Positions 34,900-44,512 of a stretch of 64,000 bases of DNA are shown in pieces. The notes under the pieces were generated by a model. The model had not been told where the DNA came from. It was given only the letters and a program-made list of their open reading frames with translations, and searched no databases. Every line of letters starts with the position of its first letter. Position 1 is the first letter of the stretch. The DNA is from Amphiscolops sp. MND2022 (taxonomy: Eukaryota), in assembly GCA_964187785.1 (NCBI GenBank), contig OZ076421.1, positions 49,414,001 through 49,478,000 on the forward strand, written 5' to 3'. A program made the translations under genes and the position numbers.

Positions 34900-36700
34900 A
34901 TTTGTAGTTTCTTTAGCGTAGGTTGAAGGACGGGACTGCCACCTCGTGTGGTTTTGATTTGTGAGGCGTTTCTGAGTAGTAGTCGGTCGTTGTTTTTTTA
35001 GGTGCGCACTTTTGTTCAGTTGAGGTGGATGACGTGGCTTTAGACGTTTTTTGGGTCCTCCACGTCATCGTGTCGTTCTATTTCCTCAGTATCGTTAATC
35101 TCGTCATTGGCAGTGTGGGACAGCTCGTTGGTGTTATAAATTCTGTTGTTGGTTTGTTGAAAGTCCCTTCTGAACTGTTTGTTTTCTTCCGTTGACTGTT
35201 TGGTATATGCAACACTTCTGTAGGCTGATGTGGTCGTGTTCCTGTGGTAACAGTCTCGGGCAGAGTGTCCCACATTCCCACAAAGTTGACACACGAGTTT
35301 TGAGTTGTATTTGGGTCTATTGTCCTGATTCTGGGTGGATTGGGTTGATTGTCCTGGTTTCTGGTTGGCGGGTTTTGATTGTGCTTCTTATCGGAGTCGT
35401 TTTCTGCATTTCACCCATTTGTGTCCATGTATACCGCAGTGACAGCATTGACCATCGAACTTCCTCTTCGTTTTCCTGTTTTGTTGGGGTTGAGCGTTTG
35501 GTGTCTGAGGTGGGGCCGTCCTTGATTAAGGTGCACTCATCTTATTGAAGGGTTGTGCACTGGCCGTGTTTGGGAGGAGTTGTGCGTCCTGACATCTGCG
35601 TTGCACGAACGTTCTAATCTCCTCCATCGTGGCGTCATGTTTGCCCGCCATTGCCAGTTCATTCTGCATGTGCACGGGAAGCTTTGCGAACAAAAATGTC
35701 TCCGTTATGTCGCTGGATGTCTCCGAAGGCTTGTTTCGCTACATTCTTAAATTTGTTGAGAAAGTCGTTAAATGTTTCAGTGGAGGGATCGTAGCGCATT
35801 TGTAGTTTCTTTAGCGTAGGTTGAAGGACGGGACTGCCACCTCGTGTGGTTTTGATTTGTGAGACGTTTCTGAGTAGTAGTCGGTCGTTGTTTTTTTAGG
35901 TGCGCACTTTTGTTTAGTTGAGGTGGATGACGTGGCTTTAGACGTTTTTTGGGTCCACCACGTCATCGTGTCGTTCTATTTCCTCAGTATCGTTAATCTC
36001 GTCATTGGCAGTGTGGGACAGCTCGTTGGTGTTATAAATTCTGTTGTTGGTTTGTTGAAAGTCCCTTCTGAACTGTTTGTTTTCTTCCGTTGACTGTTTG
36101 GTATATGCAACACTTCTGTAGGCTGATGTGGTCGTGTTCCTGTGGTAACAGTCTCGGGCAGAGTGTCCCACATTCCCACAAAGTTGACACACGAGTTTTG
36201 AGTTGTATTTGGGTCTATTGTCCTGATTCCGGGTGGATTGGGTTGATTTTCGTGGTTTCTGGTTGGCGGGTTTTGATTGTGCTTCTTATCGGAGTCGTTT
36301 TCTGCATTTCACCCATTTGTGTCCATGTATACCGCAGTGACAGCATTGACCATCGAACTTCCTCTTCGTTTTCCTGTTTTGTTGTGGTTGAGCGTTTGGT
36401 GTCTGAGGTGGGGCCGTCCTTGATTAAGGTGCATTCATCTGATTGAAGGGTTGTGCACTGGCCGTGTTTGGGAGGAGTTGTGCGTCCTGACATCTGCGTT
36501 GCACGAACGTTCGAATCTCCTCCATCGTGGCGTCATGTTTGCCCGCCATTGCCAGTTCATTCTGCATGTGCACGGGAAGTTTTGCGAACAAAAAAGTCTC
36601 CGTTATGTCGCTGGATGACTCCGAAGGCTTGTTTCGCTACATTCTTAAATTTGTTGAGAAAGTCGTTAAATGTTTGAGTGGAGGGATCGTAGCGCATTTG
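34900..36700. repeat. 898-bp tandem duplication of the gag 3' half
   Basis: ORFs offset by exactly 898; ATTTG microhomology at 34900, 35798 and 36696. Confidence 0.96.
35046..35052 (-). promoter_or_regulatory. -1 ribosomal frameshift slippery site A AAA AAC at the gag/pol junction (copy at 35944-35950)
   Basis: Gag reads CCA AAA AAC GTC TAA; the -1 frame is open without stops into the protease ORF at 34878. Confidence 0.8.
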
Positions 36701-37084
36701 GTCAAACTTGTACTTGGCCACTTCTTTCAGGTCTTCTTTGGCATACTCTTTTTTGAAGTAACGCAAGACTTGCGCTAATGGCGTCTGATTCGTTATTTTC
36801 AATGACTGCAAGAATTCAATGTCGTCATCACGGATCAGACTTTGAAAATAAATATGTCAGTTTTTGATCTAGCAAGAGTTGCTCAAATTCGTTGTATTTT
36901 TCTCTGTTCCCTCTGAAGAGTGGGACTTGGGTTTGGAGAATTTTCGGATTTTTGACACTGTCTGTCATGGAATGCCTCAGGTGGTGGATTTTGGTGACAA
37001 TATCTTCAATTTGGTGAGCAGATGACTGAAGGTACTGTGCAGTGGGTGGTTGTGGTGGGTTCGTATGCGCGTTGCTGGTGGACG

Positions 37085-37096
37085 CTCCTGTCACCA
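37085..37096 (-). promoter_or_regulatory. Putative primer-binding site (tRNA-Leu-like)
   Basis: TGGTGACAGGAG directly after CCGACA; 11/12 match to the complement of a typical tRNA-Leu(CAG) 3' end (TGGTGTCAGGAG, from memory). Confidence 0.55.
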
Positions 37097-38068
37097 TGTC
37101 GGAACGGATCTCATGTCTTGTTGACACCGTGTTAAGGTCGTTCCCTTCTCTATTGCTAGATGTAGTCTTCTCCGTTAATACCAAAATTAAGTTTGTCAGC
37201 TCAGTTATCTGTTTGTTCATCCCAGAAAACCTTTGAATTACAGATCGTTGTTCAACCATGTTACTACTATTTAACAAAGCGCCGTTATCGAATTCGCTCA
37301 TTTGTTCTCTAGTAAGGCCATCGGGCACGCTGTCTTCGCTCTCAGCATCACTGTATCTATCAGTTCCGTTTACGTTCGTTGAGATATTTCTAGCTGTTTG
37401 CGATCTAGTATTAGCCATAAAAGAAAAATACTGGAATTTTGAACTTTTATTGATTTATTGTAATGGGAAGGTTTAATGTAAGTATAATGAGGTTGGTTAT
37501 ACACGAATACTGATGAGGTTAGCAACTGTACGTGGTAACTTCACAAAGTCTATTCGTGGCGTTCTCGCACCTGTTGTTGAGTATGTCGATGTTGGTCACG
37601 TGACCACATCGACCAATCATATTTCAGCATTTTGGTAGTTTTAGTTCACAACTCTACCAGTAATTGCGCAATTTGAGTTTAAATCTAATACTGCACTGAA
37701 TTATAATCTACTAGTGTTACTATGGTTACATGACTCACTAATTCGTTCAGCACTGTGATGTGGTTATGCTACCAACATCGTATGAGCAAATGGTTTACAT
37801 GAGCAAGGGTTATTTGGCTGACTGCAATAACGTGAAATCTGATTATGGTGTATCACCCACATCATATAATGTATCATGAAGTTGATTTGAAAGATGCATG
37901 TAGAAGGCGTATGATTATTGTTGAGAAAGAGAGGAACTTTTTAGGAACTAAATATGAACGAAGTATTTGAAAAGTTTGAGTTTAAGTTTGATAATGTAGT
38001 TCGGTTAAATACATTCTTTTCCTTTTGTCTATGCTTCTGTTCAATATTCTCATGCGTCAGGCATGACA
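37097..38068 (-). mobile_element. Element A 5' LTR (972 bp; inner boundary inferred)
   Basis: Starts TGTCATG, inferred end CGACA; contains AATAAA twice near 37445-37460 and the gag ATG. Confidence 0.7.
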
Positions 38069-38291
38069 CTGAGATTAATGAGATCGCTGGAAACAGTCCA
38101 TTTTCTGTTTTTGTGATTGAACTATTTGCAAGCAAACAAGCGTAGGAATAAAAAAGGTACTCATTTGACAAGCCATTCCTTTATGACTTTTACTACTATT
38201 TACTAGCATCCTTTGAGGTTTTTCAAAAATCATCTATGGTCTGTCATTCGGTACATTGAACATTTTTATACGAAATAAATATGATTCTCAC

Positions 38292-41200
38292 CATGAGGTT
38301 GCTGTGTATGATCTGGTTCATCAGAATCGTCCTGTCCTATGTCAGGCGTCACGTGGGGCAATTGATAAAACATGTGAAAAAGCTTCTTTTCTTGGCCGTT
38401 ACGCACTAAACTATAATCGATATATCCTCTCCAAGATCCGTTTGCTTCCACTTTTCGCATTATGTATTCCTGTTGATTGCTCACATGATCTTCGTGATCG
38501 GGGCTGCAAAATTCCAATTTATTGTCCTTCTCGAGCTTGGGTTCCAGAACCGTCAAGTTCTTTCCCAAATTGGCAAGTAGTTTCTGGTCGATTTGCATTT
38601 CAGGTATTTTACGTTTCTCGAAAAACGGGTTTAGCCTCAAATTCTTTCCATCTGTTTCGTCTCTTTCTTTCACGCAATCAAAGACAACGTTTCCGATTCT
38701 ATATTCCAAGGCTAAGATAGTTACGAACGTCGTCTCTTTGAAATACCTTTGAATATAGTTTACAGGGCTTGACGATCCTTCTCCTGTACTAAATTCCCCT
38801 ACAATGGGTGAAAAAGTGTCAGACTGGTAAATTAGTTTCTTTTCGCCATCTTCCAAGGCTATTTCGTAGTTAGACACAGCTTCCCATTCCATTTTTTCAG
38901 GCGGATGCTTCGAAAACAGTCTTGGGTAGAATCTTTTTCTTTCTTTTGGAAAAGGAAAGACTACTGATATTTGTTGTAGAAACGGCTTGTCTTCGCAATG
39001 ATCAATGCTCACTAACGGAGTTGGTTGACAAAATCCGTTAGTTTTCTCGTTGTTAATGCAATCAATGAGATACTTTGGGAAACGATTGATTTCTATTGCC
39101 ACTGATTGCGGTTCTTTTGTTGATTGTTTTGGAAAAATGGCTTCGACATCATTCAGAGATACAATTGTCTTCGTTTGGGTTAAAGTGAATCGAAACAAAG
39201 CCCAACCACTTTCATCACAATGAACTTCCAGCTTTAGAGTTTTCAGTCGAATTCCCAGTCTATCGAGTTCCTTACAAAATGCCACGATCAGTCCATCCAT
39301 TTCATTTCTGCTGTCAAATTCGAAAATTTCAATAACGACACATGGCATAGAAAAGTGTGCTGAAACTTCTGTAAATTTGATTTTCGAGAGCAATTCCCTT
39401 GTGTCTATCAAACTATCTCGCTTGAAATTGAAAACTTGTATTTTGGTGAAAATTTGAAATAGATCAAACGCGAAAGAATTGTTCAGTTGGAACAAGAAAC
39501 AGTAATCACGCTTTTGATGTATCAGAGCAAAATCTTCACACTTGAGATTGTCAATTTGGGGCAATCTCCACAATTGACATATAGCTGTGACGTCTTCGTA
39601 CGATTCAAACCAAACGTGAAATCCTTTATGAACATGAAGATTGCTCAATTTACCGTCTGTGAATGTCAAAGAAAAGTGACTTGCAGCTAAAAGACTTGTG
39701 ACATCGATCTTTTCCAGCTTTTCCGAAAGACCAGCTTCAGTAGATGTTAACGAAATCAAAAGGTGGAAAGAACTTTTTGAATCCTCAAGTGTAAGAACGG
39801 TTTCCTTCGTTGTCCGAACGAAAGAAAGTAAAGTTTTTCCGAGATATTGAACTTTCTTTACACTATCTGGCCGCAAGTTAACACCAACCAGCTTTAATAC
39901 TTTCAGGTAAGATGGGTTGGGGGGAGATTCGAAAAAGTTTGTCAAGAGATCAACAACATTTTCATCAGTTGTTCCATATCTCAGTGGTTCCATTTCTTGT
40001 CTGAGCAAGGATGAAGAAGAATTGACACAATTTATGCTGACTGAGCTACATAGAGGCAGTTTCAGCAACAACCCTAATGCATTCACATTGGAACTCTTTG
40101 AATTTGTCGTAACTATGAGGTTTTCTATTTGTACTTTAGATGGGCTAAATGAATCAATGGTTTCTCTCTTGACCAAAATTCGTTCCATAAGTATCTTGAT
40201 TGTGCAGAAATGTAAACTATTTACATTCTCAGAAGCAAAGAATCCGCCTAACTCTTCAATGGTCCTGATGGCAGCTGAAAGTACGTCAGATTGGTTTTTA
40301 CTGTGAACCATAGAACTGTTTCGTGTGACTGGAAATGGAAATCGGTAATTTGTGACTTCAATGCTACCATGGATTTTGGTTTCCTTTTCATTAATCTCAT
40401 AAAAGTCAATTGTCCCATTTAGAGCAACAAGTTCTGAATCGGCATGTTCAATGGAAATAGTAGTGCTTTCGTTCTTTTTCAATACCAGAGTTTGATAGCT
40501 TTGTCGGAAAGAACTGCCGGTTAAATAGGGAGAAAGAATCCGAAATCCATTAGCTCTAATGAAAAGATTTGATTTGAGATCGCAAACATTTAAAATCTTC
40601 AAAATAAAGAAATTTTCAATAACCATTTTTGACTGGTCAATTTCGCCAACTGTACTGTATTTAATTATAAATCTGGAAGGGTCATTGTTCACATATCTCG
40701 CCATTATTACCACGGAATTTTGCTTGGCACCATCTAAAACGTAACTTTTGATTGGATCTCCATGTATTGAAATAACTAAACTTTTAACCTCGTTGTTTCT
40801 TGATTCACTATGTTCCGGATGGCTGAAGGATGTGGAGCCAAGTCTGTAACGAGAATGCTTCTCCATAACACGCGCAGATCGTAAAGGAGCGCTGGCTGAA
40901 ATTGGGATGTTAGCTCTAGAATAAACACTTCTCGATCCAGAATATGAATCAACGTCTCTTGAATATATACATGACGAAACATTCGGTTTTTCACTCAACC
41001 TTCGAGATTTTGCAGTGGGCGCAAGCAACGTCAAGTCTTTTTCATTCAGACTTTTAGGATCCACTGGACGTTTCATCGGAGTACGTGCATATGGCGAATG
41101 AGCGAACGCTGGAAATGGATTGTTATCAGCTCTAAAAAACCCACTTCCTGATCCAAAAGATGAATCAACTTTTGATTGGTTACGGGACGAATCATTCGGT

Positions 41201-42282
41201 TTTTCACTCATCCCCCGAGATTGTACAGTGGGCCCAAGCATATTCAAGTCTTTTTCATTCAGACTTTTAAGATCCACTGGACGTTTCTCTGGAATACGTG
41301 CATATGGCGAATAAGCGAACGCTGGAAATGGATTGTTATCAGCTCTAAAAAACCCACTTCTTGATCCAAAAGATGAATCAACTTTTGATTGGTTACGGGA
41401 CGATTCATTCGGTTTTTCACTCATCCCCCGAGATTGTACAGTGGGCCCAAGCATATTCAAGTCTTTTTCATTCAGACTTTTAAGATCCACTGGACGTTTC
41501 TCTGGAATACGTGCATATGGCGAATAAGCGAACGCTGGAAATGGATTGTTATCAGCTCTAAAAAACCCACTTCTTGATCCAAAAGATGAATCAACTTTTG
41601 ATTGGTTACGGGACGATTCTTTCGGTTTTTCACTCATCCCCCGAGATTGTACAGTGGGCCCAAGCATATTCAAGTCTTTTTCATTCAGACTTTTAAGATC
41701 CACTGGACGTTTCTCTGGAATACGTGCATATGGCGAATAAGCGAACGCTGGAAATGGATTGTTATCAGCTCTAAAAAACCCACTTCTTGATCCAAAAGAT
41801 GAATCAACTTTTGATTGGTTACGGGACGATTCATTCGGTTTTTCACTCATCCCCCGAGATTGTACAGTGGGCCCAAGCATATTCAAGTCTTTTTCATTCA
41901 GACTTTTAAGATCCACTGGACGTTTCTCTGGAATACGTGCATATGGCGAATGAGCGAACGCTGGAAATGGATTGTTATCAGCTCTAAAAAACCCACTTCC
42001 TGATCCAAATGATGAATAAACTTTTGATTGGTTACGGGACGAATCATTCGGTTTTTCACTCATCCCTCGAGATTGTATAGTGGGCTCAAAGGATATCAGT
42101 AACGGTCGGACAACCTGAAAAAAACGAATAGAACATTTGATTGAAAAAAAACTACAAAAAGATTCATATGACAAATTTGACATGAAATGAACCTTTCCCA
42201 AAAGTTTTGCAATCCATCGATTTGCTCCTGGAGGAGTGCAAATCTTTGAACAAACAAGAAAAGTTCTTCGCAAATTCCACAT
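38292..42282 (-). CDS. Large exon: five 71-aa repeats, unassigned middle region, ZU5-UPA (FIIND-like); predicted to splice to the CARD exons
   Basis: 4-kb uninterrupted ORF. ZU5: VEAIFPKQSTKEPQSVAIEI and PTPLVSIDHCEDKPFLQQISVVFPFP (compare PIDD1 VSPLLCLSQSGPPSFLQPVTVQLPLP); DTF|SPIVG (compare NLRP1 PSF|SPLGV); UPA: VTILALEYRIGNVVFDCV and HMFYQLP. Phase-1 donor CATG|GTGAGA at 38292. A possible in-frame 78-nt intron at 42115-42192 leaves the true start uncertain. Confidence 0.82.
40999..42063 (-). repeat. Coding tandem repeat, 5 x 213 bp (71 aa) plus a degenerate sixth unit to about 40860
   Basis: Units start at 42063, 41850, 41637, 41424, 41211 (MSEKP...); all frame-preserving. Confidence 0.98.
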
Positions 42283-43021
42283 TAATTAACTTTTTGGCTC
42301 TGAAATAGTCGAAAACTCATTTTATTCTGATGCGTTACATTTCCTGCAATTTTGTACAGTTTTTGACTTTTTCCGATTAACCAAAATGTCTGAACACAAA
42401 AACAGCAGTATTTCAGGACATGGTTTGCAAATGAAATCTCCATTGTAAAAACGCAAATCGATTAGCTTCAATGTTGTTCAATCGCAGTTTTTGCACACTT
42501 TTAGAAAGTTTTTGTCAGTTAGATTACCCAAAAATTCAACGAATAAAACAAACTACAGTTTTTAGAAGAAAAGTCAGAAGTGTTTTATACCCAGAAGACT
42601 AAAATCTTGTTTTTCACTGATGTGTTGCATATTTCGGACAAACTCATAAATTGGGTTATTCTGGAGAAAAAAAACAAAACAAAACGCCTAGGATTCAAGT
42701 CTGCTTTACTGCATCAAACTGCAATACATTGCATTCAACGTAGGACTCAAAAGAATAGGAAAGTATTCGAAAAAGCGCCAGTAGTTGCCAAAAAAACTAT
42801 CTGACAAAAATGAAAATTTGTTCTGGAAATATTCCAAAAGCCAATTTGTTTTTAAAAATCTGACAATTCTCGTCAGAGAAAACTTTTTGTCCGTAGTAGA
42901 TAACTTTTGAGGGATTCCTGCACGTTTCAGTGGGTAAATTTGTTCGAGATTTTCCTGAGAAACAAGAACGTTTTTTATTTTCAAATACAACAAAAAGACC
43001 GCAAAAATTCGGAAGCTGCAC

Positions 43022-43753
43022 TGTAATGTAAAGCGCTTAGCCTTTGTTCACTACACAGGGTGGAGGAACTGATGCCATGGATTAAGATTCGGGACCAATC
43101 ACCATAACGCCAGTCCATTTTGTCCTCCTAAGGAAGCCGGTCCCGAGGAGGGGGAACCGTCTCTAGGGATGCTCTCTGGCCTGTTCCAGTCTGTTACTGC
43201 TGAGAATAACGGGCATTATGCTTTCTCCTCTCATAACCACCGTCTAGGCAGCCTATAAAAATGGGACTAGTTGCATAGAACTCAATTGAATTGTCCAGAA
43301 TCGTAAATAACATCAAAAGCTCTCGAATGACAAATTAATCAAACAAATCAATAAAACAGCCTCATAAAAGAGTCAAATCCAGTTTTTGGCAAGCGGTTGA
43401 ATCTAGGTGGCATAGCACCGGCGGTTCTTGGGCTGATCACAACCCTGGGTCCGGGAATGGCAACTATTTCAGCATGGGGATGGTCCGGCACGATACAAAC
43501 TCCATTTTCATCTTGTCACCGTGGGTTTTCTCGAAAATTAGCGCATAGGCTGGGCACTCGGGCCACTTCGTAGTTTCATTTTGCGTACGTTCGGCACTCT
43601 CCGCTTCGCGGGGTCTGCTCTTTCAGCCTTCTATGCTTTTTCTGGCAGGTACTTCGAGAAAACCATGTTTGAGTGCCACGTCATCCTTGAACGAATTTTT
43701 CAGCAAACTTCGAAATTTTCAAAAATCGTCGTTGATCACAGGATGTCGTTACA
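43022..43753 (-). mobile_element. Element B 3' LTR (732 bp)
   Basis: TGTAAC...ATTACA termini; roughly 97% identical to 62771-63502; preceded by purine-rich GGAGCCCGGGAGTGGA. Confidence 0.93.
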
Positions 43754-44512
43754 TCCACTCCCCGGGCTCCTGGCTTGTCGTCCCTGGCAAGCATCATAGG
43801 GGTCCACGTTGAAGATGAGATTTCACACAGGCTGTGGATACATCTTAAAGCCAGACCGCCGTTGCATAGAACAGCTACCTAGGGCAATGCCTTGTAGATC
43901 CCATGACAATTTTACGGCAAAACTTAGTATTTTTACGAAAAAAACTGAGTCGTTTATAGCACCAGTGCGAGAGCTAGAAATTCTCGATGGCTAAAGCCAT
44001 GTGAAGCACCCTTGGCTGGTTAAAACGCTTTTTTGCGGCTAGTGCCTGCTAAAAAAATTTCTTATCAGTTTGGTCAGGATTCGTCTTTGTTTCAGTTTTT
44101 TGCTAAAGATATCTTTTGTAAGAGCGCATCGGCTCAACTCAACAATTTTCAATCGATAGAACATACATGACTCAACGTAAGAGTGTCAGGCCATTTTAAA
44201 AGATCTTTTCGCTCGTCTGCTGTGCTAATGCACCTGGATATCTTTTTCCGAGCGTCACTGGAGGCTTTCGTAAAGGAAAAACAATGATTGTTCGTTTCTT
44301 TTTGTTGAACTTTGTTAACGCAATATCAGCACGAGGGGCAGGCGCACTCAGTGACCGTACACCCAAAGCAAGCAGTGAAATCATTTGATAAACAGTCATC
44401 ATTTACTAACAGTTACTAACTATCAACTAAAATTGCACCATAACTAATGCAGCACCAAGATAAGGCTAAAGAGTTCAATCGGAGTTTGTAGTAGGCAAAC
44501 GGCAAAGAAGGC

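Larger units (their letters stand above)
35040..37418 (-). pseudogene. gag: Element A gag (fragmented, partly duplicated)
   Basis: MANTRSQ start; capsid-like PLFRGNREKYNEFE; two CCHC knuckles CCHCGIHGHKWVKC and CQLCGNVGHSARDC. Confidence 0.92.
19759..38068 (-). mobile_element. Element A: ~18.3 kb decayed Ty3/Gypsy LTR retrotransposon with antisense cargo
   Basis: LTR-PBS-gag-PR-RT-RNaseH-IN order, ~9.7 kb extra region, PPT, LTR; multiple frameshifts, deletions and duplications. Confidence 0.8.

Noticed and set aside
39830-39850. LGKT as a NACHT Walker A motif (full NLR)
   Set aside because: Lacks the GxxxxGK[ST] spacing and any Walker B; no NACHT is supported.
40999-42063. Regular repeats as a CRISPR-like array
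   Set aside because: Units are contiguous 213-bp coding repeats with no unique spacers, in a eukaryotic context.
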